A DNA stretch of 64,000 nucleotides from Actinomycetota bacterium. Its GTDB lineage: Bacteria > Actinomycetota > CADDZG01 > JAHWKV01. This document shows, in pieces, positions 1-9,348 of this stretch. Position numbers and translations under genes: made by a program. The notes under the pieces are model-generated. The model was not told where the DNA came from. It searched no databases and was given only the letters and a program-made list of their open reading frames with translations. The stretch covers positions 531,739 through 595,738 of the forward strand of contig JAUJPC010000001.1 of the NCBI GenBank assembly GCA_030447305.1. Direction: 5' to 3'. Position 1 is the first letter of the stretch. The number at the start of each line of letters is the position of its first letter.

Positions 1-1
1 T

Positions 2-679
2 GTGGTGCTGGACCCGGGGCACGGCGGCGACGAGGCCGGCGCAACCGGACCCACCGGCCTGGCGGAGAAGGAGGTGAACCTGGACGTGGCAACCAGAGCG
101 GCGGCCATGTTAAATGCCCGCGGCATTCCGGCTCTGCTGACCCGGACCTCCGATTACCGGGCAAGCCTGCCATTTCGCGTCGCGTTGGCGGATGCTTCGG
201 GCACCGACCTGATGATCTCAGTCCATCACAACGCCGATCCCGACGGGCCGCTCGACAAGCCGGGCTCCGAGACCTACTACCAGTTCCGTTCGCCGGGCTC
301 GAAGAGGCTCGCCGGCCTCGTCTATGAGGAGGTGCTGCGCGACCTGTCGAAGCTGCCGGTCGGCTGGGTGGGCGACACCGATGCCGGCGCCAAGTGGCGA
401 TTGAACACCAGCGGGGGCGATTACTACGGAATCCTGAGGCGATCGGGGGAGAAGGGAGTCACCACGGTGCTCGCGGAGCTCGCCTTCGTCTCAAACCCAG
501 CCGAGGAGGCGATCCTGAGGCAGAACGACGTGAGGCAGTTGGAGGCTGAAGGCATCGCCAGAGCCGTGGAGCGCTACCGGTCCACCAAGGATCCCGGCAG
601 CGGGTTCACCACACCGTATCCTCGCACTGCTCCCGCCGGCCCCGGAGGCGGCACCCGGGGTTGCGTCGACCCAACCTGA
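2..679 (+). CDS. N-acetylmuramoyl-L-alanine amidase (Amidase_3 domain), 5' end cut by the window edge
   Basis: The ORF is open at the window start. 'LDPGHGG..EKEVNLDVA..MISVHHNA' fits the Zn-binding Amidase_3 (AmiC/CwlM-type) pattern. Confidence 0.85.
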   Translation: MVLDPGHGGDEAGATGPTGLAEKEVNLDVATRAAAMLNARGIPALLTRTSDYRASLPFRVALADASGTDLMISVHHNADPDGPLDKPGSETYYQFRSPGSKRLAGLVYEEVLRDLSKLPVGWVGDTDAGAKWRLNTSGGDYYGILRRSGEKGVTTVLAELAFVSNPAEEAILRQNDVRQLEAEGIARAVERYRSTKDPGSGFTTPYPRTAPAGPGGGTRGCVDPT

Positions 680-744
680 TCCGGCCCGACCGGGGAAGGA
701 CCTCAGGCGGTCTTCGTCCCCGTCACGCCATCTACAGAGCCAAT

Positions 745-1401
745 TCAATGTCCCGTCTGGCTTTGGTCGTCAAGCAAGTAGAGTGGCTCGCCGGCCAGAA
801 GATCCCCCGATGGACCGGTGGCAAAGCGGCGCCCGGCCAGGTGACCCGCTCGTATCGGCCGAACGCCAACCGACTCCTCCAGTGCCGTTATCGCCCGCCG
901 GTGGCTCACCACGAGGATCGTGGAAGGATCGGAACCGTTCGCCAAGGCCCCGTCCTCAAGCAGCCGGCGGATAGCCTGCGTGACCCGAGACCTCAGGGCG
1001 CTGAGGGTCTCGCCGCCGGGTGTGGCCTCCAACCGGCCTTCGGACCAGGCAACCACCAGACTGGGCCAGCGGGTTTCGATCTCCCGACGCGTTAACCCGC
1101 TCCACTCGCCGACGTCCACCTCTCGCAGGCCCGGATCGAGGGTAGGTGGCCCTATCCCAAGAAGCTCGGTGATGATGACGGCTGTTCGGCGGGCTCGACG
1201 GAGATCGGAAGACACGACGCGGTCGACGTGGGCGCCGGCAAGCGAAGTGGCAGCCAGGGCCGCCTGTTGCTCGCCCAGTGTCGACAGCTCCGGGTCCGCC
1301 TGGCCCTGCCACCGGCCAAGCGCGTTCCACTCCGACTCTCCGTGGCGCACAACCAGAAGGTCGGCGGCGGGAGGGGCGGGGCCCGGGGACTTGTTCGTCA
1401 T
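745..1401 (-). CDS. histidine phosphatase family protein (phosphoglycerate-mutase-like)
   Basis: 218-aa ORF with the N-terminal 'LLVVRHGESEWN' RHG catalytic motif. Confidence 0.85.
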   Translation of the reverse strand: MTNKSPGPAPPAADLLVVRHGESEWNALGRWQGQADPELSTLGEQQAALAATSLAGAHVDRVVSSDLRRARRTAVIITELLGIGPPTLDPGLREVDVGEWSGLTRREIETRWPSLVVAWSEGRLEATPGGETLSALRSRVTQAIRRLLEDGALANGSDPSTILVVSHRRAITALEESVGVRPIRAGHLAGRRFATGPSGDLLAGEPLYLLDDQSQTGH

Positions 1402-1750
1402 AGAGGTGGTACCGATTATGCGGGTAATGCCTAAGGAATTGCGCGTTGGGCTGGTCCGCCGGCCGGGTGACTAAAAGCCGATGCCCACGTCAGGATGTTT
1501 TGTCTCTCAGCCAACTGCGCCATCGAGCGAAAATCGGGGATTTACTACAGAGATGGGCTATCATTTTTCCACCAGAGAAAGGAGGTGGTCCGTATTAGCG
1601 AAAGTCTTTTCGGGACCCTGGAGGTGACCGGCCGCTAGGTCGGAGTGCTGGCATCCACCAGCGAATTCACACCGGGCCACCCCCGAGCAATGGACGCCGA
1701 AATGGTCCCGCCGGTGTAACTGTCCAGCTCGGGCTCCTATGTCCAGTACG

Positions 1751-1786
1751 AAGCAAAACGAAGGGCGCTGCATTGCGGCGCCCTTC
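1751..1786 (-). terminator. orphan intrinsic-terminator-like hairpin
   Basis: Stem GAAGGGCGC (1760-1768) pairs with GCGCCCTTC (1778-1786) across a 9-nt loop. On the minus strand it is followed by GTTTTGCTT. No minus-strand gene ends just upstream of it. Confidence 0.4.
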
Positions 1787-1800
1787 GGCGTGGTACGCCC

Positions 1801-2483
1801 GAGGCATGGGCTGCTTGCCACCGGTTTGGTTTGCAGGTATCACCGACCTCAGTAGGTGAGGGCGGCAGCGTGTCGGTCACCGTCAGCCGGAGGGATCAGC
1901 CGTTGACTCGCACGTCACGGTTTCCGCCACGAACGGAACCGCACAGTCCGGCACCGATTTCAGCGCTCTCAATCAGCAGGTGAACTTTACCGGCGGCACA
2001 ACCGCGCGCTCGTTCCGCATCGTGATTGCCAGCGACCGGCGCACGGAGCCGGCCGAGAACTTCACCGTTAGGCTCAGCAACCCGGGCGGTTGCTCCGACA
2101 GGCAGAACTTCAGTCTTGCGAGTCCTGTGGTGGTCACAATCAGGGCAAGCCAGGGAGCCGCGGCACCGCAGCCTCCTCCGCCGCCCCCTCCGGCCCCGGC
2201 CCCGGCTCCGCCGACGGCTCCGGCCCCCGCTCCGCGCCCGCCGCCCCCACCCCCGCCCGCTCGCTCTCCTGCAGCGCCGACAACTCGGGTGTCTCCGACC
2301 GTCTCAGAGGAACCGACGCCCGAGCCTACCGAAACTCCAACCGTCATTGAGACCCCAGTGGACGAAAATTCAGACGGCGGCGGCGTGCCGTCCCAGCTGA
2401 TATTCGGCATTCTGGCTCTGCTCGGCGCCGCCGGTGTGGCGGCTTATCTGGTCAAGCAGCACCGAGCGCCACCGCCCGTTTAA
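1801..2483 (+). pseudogene. Calx-beta-like domain, Pro-rich linker and C-terminal TM anchor protein; 5'-truncated and frameshifted
   Basis: 'EGGSVSVTVSRR' (frame 1) and 'VDSHVTVSATNGTAQSGTDFSALNQQVNFTGGTTARSFRIVIASDRRTEPAENFTVRLSNP' (frame 0) together form one Calx-beta-type repeat split by a frameshift near 1895-1900. There is no start codon or signal peptide upstream. It is followed by a poly-Pro/Ala tract and the 'IFGILALLGAAGVAAYLV' TM helix. Confidence 0.55.
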
Positions 2484-2616
2484 CCTGCTACCGTCAGCCC
2501 ACTGAAGCACCAGGGCGTCTTCCGCCGCTGATCTCGTGAAACTCACTTCGGTACCCGTGGTCGATAGACTGGCTGAGGTGGCCGCACCTTCCTGCGCACA
2601 CTGACCCGATATGCAG

Positions 2617-2689
2617 GGGCCCGTAGCTCAGCGGTTAGAGCAGTGGACTCATAATCCATTGGTCGTAGGTTCGATCCCTACCGGGCCCA
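2617..2689 (+). tRNA. tRNA-Met (anticodon CAT; tRNA-Ile2 cannot be excluded)
   Basis: Cloverleaf folded by hand: acceptor GGGCCCG/CGGGCCC, D-arm GCTC-AGCGGTTA-GAGC, anticodon stem-loop GTGGA-CTCATAA-TCCAT, T-arm GTAGG-TTCGATC-CCTAC, discriminator A. Length is 73 nt and CCA is not encoded. Confidence 0.9.
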
Positions 2690-2882
2690 CAAAAAAAGCC
2701 TGGGATGGGCGCTTTACGCCCCACTCAGCGTCGAATTTAGGCCAGCTGTGATCATGCCGCCCCCACCGACGTTAATCATGTAGGCCATTTGTAGGCCAGC
2801 GCCGTCGATCAGCGGTTCGAGAGATCCCGTCGGAGGCCAGCAAGGCGGCTGAGCTCGCCGCCCTGCTCAGCTAACCATCGGC

Positions 2883-4082
2883 TCAGGTCGTCCTCAACGC
2901 TTCAGTGGGCGACAGGCGAGCGGCTCGGACCGCCGGGAACAGGCCGGCTAGTCCCCCGATGACCAGAGCGGAGATCGCTCCCCCTGCCACCCCCAGCAGG
3001 GGCATGGAGACGGACCAGCCGCGGAAGGTTGCGTAGCCGGCGGCTATCAGATAGCCGAGAGCGACCCCCGCAGCTCCCCCAATGCCCGACAGCATCAGGG
3101 ATTCGATGAGAAACTGCCACCTGATGTACCGGCGCGGAGCGCCCAATGCTCGCCGCAGCCCGATCTCGGAGCGGCGCTCCAGAACGGCCACCACCATGAC
3201 GTTTGCTACGCCGACTCCGCCTACCAGCAGCGCGACGGCCCCAAGCCCGAGAAACAGTGAGGTGAATGCCGTCTTGGCGACCGCCCGGGCCGCCAGAGCG
3301 TCCGATGGCCGGCTGACCTGAACCTCCTCGGGGTGGGCTGGATTCACCGTGGCGGCCAGAATGCCCCGAACTTCCTCCACCGCTTCGGGAGAAGCTCGGA
3401 CGTAGAGGGTCGATGGGGAGTCGTCGATGCCGAACATCTCCATCGCCGCAGGCTGTCCGACCAGGGCGGACCGGTCGATCTCCGGCGCCAGCGGCAGCGG
3501 GTCCAGTATTCCGATCACGGAGAACCACCGGTCCCCCAGCCACACCTGGACGCCGGTGCGGGTTATCCCCAAGCGTTCCGCTGCCGTGGCGCCGAGCACC
3601 ACAACGGGGTAGCGTGAGTTGGCGTCATTCAGGAAGATCCCGCTGTTCACCCGACCACGCAATGTCTCCAGGAGGCCTGGGTCGGCCGCCTTGACTGCGA
3701 TCCCCGCAGTCTCGGCCTTAGGGATCCGATCCGTGCGCCTGACGGTAGCTCCAACCGTTGTAGTGCCGGCGACGCTTTCCACCGGACCAACTCGGCGAAC
3801 CATTCCCGCTGCCTGCGCCGGGAGCTTCGAATCGGTCCCCATTAAGGACTGGCCGGCCGATACGCTGAGCAGATTGGTCCCGAGGTTGTCGAGTTGGGAC
3901 AACAGGTCTGCCTTGCTGGATTCCGATATCCCCACCACCGCCACCATGGCCGCGATTCCGATAGCCACTCCGGCGGCGGACAGTGCAGCCCGCAGTCGCC
4001 GGTTTCCCAGCCCGCTACGGGCCGTTCGCAAAAGGTCCATCCATCTCAACCCGCCGCCTTTCATGTCCAAACTCCCTTCCAC
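2883..4082 (-). CDS. ABC transporter permease, MacB/FtsX family
   Basis: 399 aa with an N-terminal TM, a large extracytoplasmic domain and a C-terminal FtsX-type 3-TM bundle ('[13 protein letters not shown]'). Its start overlaps the upstream ATPase stop. Confidence 0.85.
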   Translation of the reverse strand: MEGSLDMKGGGLRWMDLLRTARSGLGNRRLRAALSAAGVAIGIAAMVAVVGISESSKADLLSQLDNLGTNLLSVSAGQSLMGTDSKLPAQAAGMVRRVGPVESVAGTTTVGATVRRTDRIPKAETAGIAVKAADPGLLETLRGRVNSGIFLNDANSRYPVVVLGATAAERLGITRTGVQVWLGDRWFSVIGILDPLPLAPEIDRSALVGQPAAMEMFGIDDSPSTLYVRASPEAVEEVRGILAATVNPAHPEEVQVSRPSDALAARAVAKTAFTSLFLGLGAVALLVGGVGVANVMVVAVLERRSEIGLRRALGAPRRYIRWQFLIESLMLSGIGGAAGVALGYLIAAGYATFRGWSVSMPLLGVAGGAISALVIGGLAGLFPAVRAARLSPTEALRTT

Positions 4083-4806
4083 GGGCTGTCGGCCTTGATC
4101 GCACCGTCGCGAATCTCAATGTGGCGCGGCATTGCTGCTGCGATCTGACTATCGTGAGTGATAACCGCCAGGGTGCTCCCCTGCCGGTTCAGCTCCCGAA
4201 GGAGCCCGAGGATCTCGGCGCCAGTGGCGGAGTCGAGGTTTCCCGTGGGCTCGTCGGCAAGGACGATCGCCGGACTGGTCACCACGGCCCGGGCAATAGC
4301 CACTCGCTGGCGTTCGCCCCCTGACAGCTGCTGCGGGCGGTGGAGCATCCTTTCGGCAAGACCGACCCGCTCCAGGGCTTCGGCGGCCAGCATTCTGCGT
4401 TGGCGCTGAGGGACCCCGCTGTACACAAGGCCATCGCCACGTTGTCGAGCGCGGTCATTCCGTCCAGGAGAAAGAACTGCTGAAACACGAACCCGATATT
4501 GGAGGCGCGAAGCCGGGAGATCTCGGTGTCGTCCATGTCCTCGACGTCGTTGCCGTTGACCCGCACCCTTCCGCTGGAGGCCCGGTCCAGCGTTCCCATG
4601 ATGTGCATCAGAGTCGACTTTCCGGACCCCGAAGGTCCCACTATTGCCACGAACTCCCCCTCGATGATCTCGATGTTGATCCGGCGAAGTACCTCCAGCC
4701 GCGGAGGGCCGGCATACGTCTTGTCCACGTCGACCAGCTCGATGACCGGCTTGCAAGAAATGCCGCGAGACTCGTTCCAGACGACTCGTTCAGCCAGCGT
4801 CGTCAT
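4061..4806 (-). CDS. ABC transporter ATP-binding protein (MacB/LolD-like), split by one frameshift near 4427-4434
   Basis: Walker A 'GPSGSGKST' and the Q-loop lie in frame 4279..4806. The signature '[14 protein letters not shown]' and Walker B '[11 protein letters not shown]' lie in frame 4061..4756. The junction reads '..DNVAMAL | [11 protein letters not shown]..'. Confidence 0.85.
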
Positions 4807-5783
4807 TTGGGGATCACCACCTTCATGCCCTCTTGCAGGCCTTTCCCCGTCACCTCGACGTATCCCTCAGCGAACAGGCCCGTCTCGACTGCAACCAACC
4901 GGGTGGCCCGGGCACTGTCCCTTACCTCGACGGCGTAGCCGCCCTCCTTGAGAGCGAGCAGAGCATTTACGGGAACGGCGAGGACGCCCTCCCTCTTGCC
5001 GGAAGAGACCTCGATGTCCACCGGTGCCTGATCCAGGCCGGCGGCGACTGCGGGATCTTTCAGGATGATGGAGATGGCGACCGTTGGGTCGCCCTGCTCC
5101 CCGCTCTCGTCCGTTTCAGCCTTAGCGACCTTGGCGACCTCGGCCACCGTGCCGGTCGTGGATTTCCCATCCGGCATGGTCACCTGCACCTCGTCGCCGA
5201 CCTTCGCCAGGTGCTGCTTGGTGGCGTCGAGGTCGTGGGTGACCACCGGAGTGGTCGACGTCGCCTTGAGAACCGGACCTTGGGGAGCGGATCCGAGGGT
5301 CGCTTCCCGGCTTGCCACCCGGATCGCCGACGGAAGGAATACGGCTTCACCGAGGTTGAGGACCCCGTCCTGATCGAGCCCCAGGGCCTTCTGCCACCGC
5401 TTGAGCGCCGCCGTCGTCGCCGCATCGAACTTGCCGTCGATCTTCATGGCGCTTCGAGGGTCATGTCCCAGAGCACGCAAGTTCTCCTCGAGCTGCGTGA
5501 CGTCGGGTCCCTCGGAACCAGTGGCCACATCCCGCCACGCCGGGCGCTCGCCGTACAAAAGCGAGACCGGCACGCCGTCGAGCTCGAAAAGCTTTCCTCC
5601 TCGCTTCACGGTAGAGCCCTCGGCTGCCATCCAGGTGAGCGTTCCACCCCTCTGCGCATGCACTTCGTAACTGCCCGAATACCCAAGCGTTCCCGCCAGG
5701 GTTTCGGTCTCGGCCAGGGTCTTGCGCTCCACCACCGCAGTCGAGGTAGCGGGCTTGGTGGCCGTGCGGGCCGGCGGCGCCAC
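4803..5783 (-). CDS. HlyD-like periplasmic adaptor with an embedded peptidoglycan-binding (PG_binding_1) domain
   Basis: 'LEENLRALGHDP...IDGKFDAATTAALKRWQKALGLDQDGVL' is a PG_binding_1 motif. The flanking beta-barrel/lipoyl-like segments are typical of adaptors paired with MacB-type pumps. No N-terminal TM or signal peptide is present in any frame. Confidence 0.75.
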   Translation of the reverse strand: MAPPARTATKPATSTAVVERKTLAETETLAGTLGYSGSYEVHAQRGGTLTWMAAEGSTVKRGGKLFELDGVPVSLLYGERPAWRDVATGSEGPDVTQLEENLRALGHDPRSAMKIDGKFDAATTAALKRWQKALGLDQDGVLNLGEAVFLPSAIRVASREATLGSAPQGPVLKATSTTPVVTHDLDATKQHLAKVGDEVQVTMPDGKSTTGTVAEVAKVAKAETDESGEQGDPTVAISIILKDPAVAAGLDQAPVDIEVSSGKREGVLAVPVNALLALKEGGYAVEVRDSARATRLVAVETGLFAEGYVEVTGKGLQEGMKVVIPK

Positions 5784-5850
5784 CTGCGCTGCGGGCGGTC
5801 CCAGGACAGGTCTGGCGGGAAGTACTCTGCCTCCCGCACGCCTGCCGCCC

Positions 5851-6465
5851 TCACTTCACCCTCCCCGCCTGCTCCACAGGCGTGTCCTTCAAAGCCTTGG
5901 CGAGGTGGTGCTTGCAAGCCTTGTCCGCCTCCCGGAACTTCTCAGGGGTCTCTCCCGGTCCATCTTCTCCCCGAGAGATCAATGCTCCGTGGGACGGGTC
6001 GGGGTCCGGCATGTCTATGCCATGCTCCCGCATGCACCGGGCGAACTTAAGGAAGGCGTCCTGAGCCTCGCCGTCGATCTTTCCGGGGCCCTGGCCTCCG
6101 GCGGCGCCCTTCAGCAGGTGCCGGCAGGCCTTGTCGGCTTTTCCGAATTTCTCCTCGTTGACCTCGGGACCGGCGAGCTCGACCTTGACCGGCCCCTCTC
6201 CCTTTTCTCCTTCGAAGGTCGGGTCGTCCATCTGCACGCCGTTCTCACGCATGCACTCGGCGAACTTCAGGAACGCCTCCTGCGGATCCTCGTCTGCCGA
6301 GGCCTTCGCCCCACCGGCCTTCGCGGCCTTGGAGTCGCCCAGGCTGGCCACCTCCTCGGCGCCTGACGCCTTGTTACACGCCGTTCCTACCAGCAGCAGC
6401 AGGGGCAGTGCCCACAGAATGGCCAGCCTCCACCACCGCCCAACCTTTTCCGAACCGAATCTCAT
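5851..6465 (-). CDS. lipoprotein with a duplicated Cys-containing domain (function unknown)
   Basis: Signal peptide plus lipobox-like 'LLLLVGTAC'. There are two internal repeats: 'EAFLKFAECMRENGVQMDDP...EKFGKADKACRHLL' and 'DAFLKFARCMREHGIDMPDP...EKFREADKACKHHL'. Confidence 0.75.
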   Translation of the reverse strand: MRFGSEKVGRWWRLAILWALPLLLLVGTACNKASGAEEVASLGDSKAAKAGGAKASADEDPQEAFLKFAECMRENGVQMDDPTFEGEKGEGPVKVELAGPEVNEEKFGKADKACRHLLKGAAGGQGPGKIDGEAQDAFLKFARCMREHGIDMPDPDPSHGALISRGEDGPGETPEKFREADKACKHHLAKALKDTPVEQAGRVK

Positions 6466-6601
6466 CTGAACCTCCTTCTCGGTTGCCTAGATGCAGTTGT
6501 AGAGGAACGCCGATAAAGCCACGATTAAGCGGAGTTTTATGTCGGCTTTATAGGCCCGGCGCTAATGTGGACGAAGCGAAATCGGAATGCGGGGGTGAGC
6601 T

Positions 6602-7255
6602 GTGCGAGTTCTTGTGGTAGAGGATGAGGCGGCACTGGCCGAAGCAATCGGAAGGGGCCTTCGCCACGAGGGAATGGCGGTCGATCTGGCATCAGACGGC
6701 GCGGAGGCCCTGGACAAGGTGGCCTTTACCCGCTACGACGTGGTGGTGCTAGACCGGGATCTCCCCAGGGTTCACGGCGACCAGGTGTGCAAGACGCTGG
6801 TCAAGCAGGGGTCCAGCTCCCGGGTTCTGATGCTGACGGCTTCGGGCGGGGTGGAAGACCGGATCGACGGGCTGACCATGGGAGCCGACGACTACCTGCC
6901 CAAACCATTCGTCTTCCAGGAGCTTGTCGCACGGATCCGATCTCTGGGACGCCGGTCGGCCGAACCCTTGCGACCCATTCTCACGCATGGCGATCTGACC
7001 CTGGATCCTGCCCGCAGAGTCGTAACCCGCCAGGGCCGCTATCTTTCTCTCAGCAACAAGGAGTTTTCGGTGCTGGAGATCCTGATGGCATTCCCCGGCA
7101 GGGTCGTGAGCGCCGAGGAGCTTTTGGAGAGGGCTTGGGATGAGAACGCCGACCCGTTCACCAACACCGTCAGGGTCACCATCGCCAACCTCCGCCGCAA
7201 GCTCGGTGAACCGCCGCTGATCCAGACGGTGATCGGCACCGGATACCGGATTTGA
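6602..7255 (+). CDS. OmpR/PhoB-family response regulator
   Basis: 'MRVLVVEDE...VVVLDRDLP' receiver domain followed by a C-terminal winged-helix ('LSNKEFSVLEILM...TVIGTGYRI'). Confidence 0.9.
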   Translation: MRVLVVEDEAALAEAIGRGLRHEGMAVDLASDGAEALDKVAFTRYDVVVLDRDLPRVHGDQVCKTLVKQGSSSRVLMLTASGGVEDRIDGLTMGADDYLPKPFVFQELVARIRSLGRRSAEPLRPILTHGDLTLDPARRVVTRQGRYLSLSNKEFSVLEILMAFPGRVVSAEELLERAWDENADPFTNTVRVTIANLRRKLGEPPLIQTVIGTGYRI

Positions 7256-8497
7256 AGGCACTGGCGGCGCCCACGGTGCGCCTGAAGCTCACCCTGCTCT
7301 ACGGCGGCCTTTTCGCGGCCGCCGGAGCGGTGCTCCTCATGCTGAACTACGGGCTGGTCCGCCACAAACTCGTCGAGACGGAGCCGTTGTTGATGCAGGC
7401 CGAGCTTCCTGGCCCGGAAATGGAGGTAGCGCCGGGGATCATCGTTCAAAGGCGGGTCCTCGAGTATCCGCTGACCGAGGACGGCAAGCCGGTGGCCGAC
7501 GTCCTGGAGGGCGTGGACCAGGCGGTGCGCCAGTCCACCCTCCAACAGCTGGTGACACAGTCGCTGGTGGCTCTGGTCTTCATGACTTTGCTGTCGCTTA
7601 TCCTGGGATGGATAGTGGCCGGGAGGGTGCTTCGTCCCCTTCATGCGATAACCGGCGCGGCCAAGCGGCTGTCTCAGGAGAACCTGCACGAGCGACTCAA
7701 CCTGTCCGGGCCTCGAGACGAGCTGAAAGAGTTGGCGGACACCTTCGACGCCATGCTCGCCCGGCTGGAGGAGGCATTCGAGAGCCAGCGGCGGTTCGTT
7801 GCCAACGCGTCGCACGAGCTACGCACGCCGCTTTCCATCATGCGAACGGAGATCGATGTGACCCTCGCCAACCCCGACTCGGGACCCGACGACATGAAGA
7901 GGATGGCGCTCACCATCCGGGACGCCGTCGACCGAACCGACCGGCTGATCGACGGCCTGCTGGTTCTCGCACGAAGTGAGCGGGGGCCGGAATCGGTGGA
8001 GGTCGTCGACCTCGGCGAGCTGGCGGCGGATGCCCTGCGACAGCTGGCGGCCCAGGCACAGGCGCTGGAGCTGGATGTGGACCAGGTCGTGCGCTCGGCG
8101 CCGGTGACCGGAAACCGTCTGCTGCTCGAGAGGATGGTGTACAACCTGGTGGACAACGCCATCGCGTACAACGTTGCCGGTGGGCGCCTGCAGGTCGAGA
8201 CCGCCAGCCGCGGCGATCAAGCGCTGCTACTGATTCGCAACTCCGGCGATATTATCGATCCTGAACAGGTCCCCGGATTGTTCGAGCCTTTCCGCCGGCG
8301 CGGTTCCGACCGCGTAGGGTCGCACAGAGGCCTCGGGCTCGGACTGTCGATCGTCAAGGCGGTAGTGGGCAGCCTCGGGAGGAGAGATCACGGCGGTGCC
8401 TCAACCGGAGGGCGGCCTGGAAGTGATCGTCCTGCTTCCCGCCGACCCGGCCACACAGCCGGTGGGCGATCCGAGCGTCGTTCAAGCATCCCGGTAG
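7252..8497 (+). CDS. sensor histidine kinase (TM-HAMP-HisKA-HATPase_c) with a frameshift near 8373-8378
   Basis: H-box 'ASHELRTPL', N-box 'LVDNAIAYN' and G-box 'GLGLGLSIV'. After 'AVVGSL' the natural ending 'GGEITAVPQPEGGLEVIVLLPADP...QASR*' is in the +1 frame (stop at 8495-8497). The 7252..8631 ORF tail is out of frame. Confidence 0.85.
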
Positions 8498-8627
8498 AAA
8501 GCTGCGACCACCGGCATGGTATTCACCAATCTATAAACATGCGCGGAGGGAGGGGTCTCGCCCAGTTCGCAGAACGAAAGTTCAGAGCGCTTCGGCAGCG
8601 CATTCGGATTTTTGCCGCTCGGCCACC

Positions 8628-9017
8628 CTAATTCCGGCTGGAGGCCTTCGCAGCCGCAACCGCATGACCTTTCTGGTGAGCCAGGCACAATCGTGCGGTT
8701 CCCAATCGCTTAACGAGTGCTTGCCACTTCTCACCACGGATGCCTAATGCCCTGGTGGAGCTGGGATGAGCGCCAGCGGGACGCGAGCCGTGCAGTGCTT
8801 GCGGCACCGGGTCGAGGCTAACGCACCCGTTGGACTGCCGCCTGCCGGCCCGATGAATGTGCCGGGCCTTGAGCTTCTCGAGTGCTTGCCTGAACTCAGC
8901 CGAGCGGAAGTCAGACGCAACGCCGTCCGATGCAAAAACAATCCATCTGCACCAGCTCCCCAGGGTGGTGCACCTCAATGTGGAGCTCAGGTGAGGGCTC
9001 ACGCTCGGCAGATTCAT
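8628..9017 (-). mobile_element. degenerate integrase-core (rve) fragment, IS481-like transposase remnant
   Basis: 'ASDGVASDFRSAEFRQALEKLKARHIHRAGRRQSNGCV' resembles the 'DNGSEFRS.EF...L..LGI.HI..RP..PQTNG.VE' core of IS481/IS3-type integrases but is degraded. Confidence 0.45.
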
Positions 9018-9141
9018 AGGGAGCGGCGTACTGCTATGCCAACTCAGAAGATGTGGGATTGGCTGGGTTTTAGGTGCCAGCTAGCGCCCATCCGGTACCT
9101 CTTCGGTTCCGAATTGCAGGATAAAGAATAAGGAGGGACAC

Positions 9142-9348
9142 ATGGCAGGCGAAAAGGTATGGGGATTGTCAAAGGCGGAGGCAAAGTATCGGCCGGCCCA
9201 AAATCCCAACGTTCGCTGTGACGTTTGTAAGTACATGCTGCCGCGCGCAAACCTTGGCACCTGCAAGCTAGTCAGAGGAGTAATTCGTGGACAGGACACA
9301 TGCCACGAATTTCGGCCGTTGCCGAAAAGAGCGAGTAAGGCAGTTTGA
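9142..9348 (+). CDS. small Cys-rich (CxxC...C...C-H) protein, putative zinc ribbon, unknown function
   Basis: 68-aa ORF with a strong SD (AAGGAGGG 5 nt before the ATG). 'VRCDVCKYM...GTCKLVRG...DTCHEF'. It lies in a locally low-GC patch. Confidence 0.5.
   Translation: MAGEKVWGLSKAEAKYRPAQNPNVRCDVCKYMLPRANLGTCKLVRGVIRGQDTCHEFRPLPKRASKAV

Noticed and set aside
1576-1590. 'CCACCTCCTTTCT' on the minus strand as a 16S rRNA 3' end.
   Set aside because: The match is only about 13 nt and no rRNA-like sequence flanks it. It is simply a very strong SD-like sequence on the plus strand.
1600-1760. A c-di-AMP (ydaO-type) riboswitch on the minus strand.
   Set aside because: There are only loose resemblances (GGCGGGACCA, GGUGUGAAUUC, CCGACC...GGUCACCUCC) to motifs I remember. 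The downstream gene is not a typical target, and this cannot be confirmed without a covariance-model search.
1973-2410. Long antisense or overlapping ORFs in the six-frame track. Examples: 1973..2410(-), 5606..5917(-), 34524..36110(+), 40736..42295(-), 41452..43119(+), 31239..32465(+) and 55575..57134(+).
   Set aside because: They lie opposite to or out of frame with genes that carry clear family motifs. Their translations are Arg/Pro/Gly-rich low-complexity, typical of shadow ORFs in high-GC DNA.
5783-5858. Stop-codon read-through fusing the Cys-repeat lipoprotein to the HlyD-like adaptor.
   Set aside because: The two genes are in different frames: the lipoprotein stop is at 5851-5853, and the adaptor frame has its own upstream stop at 5856-5858.
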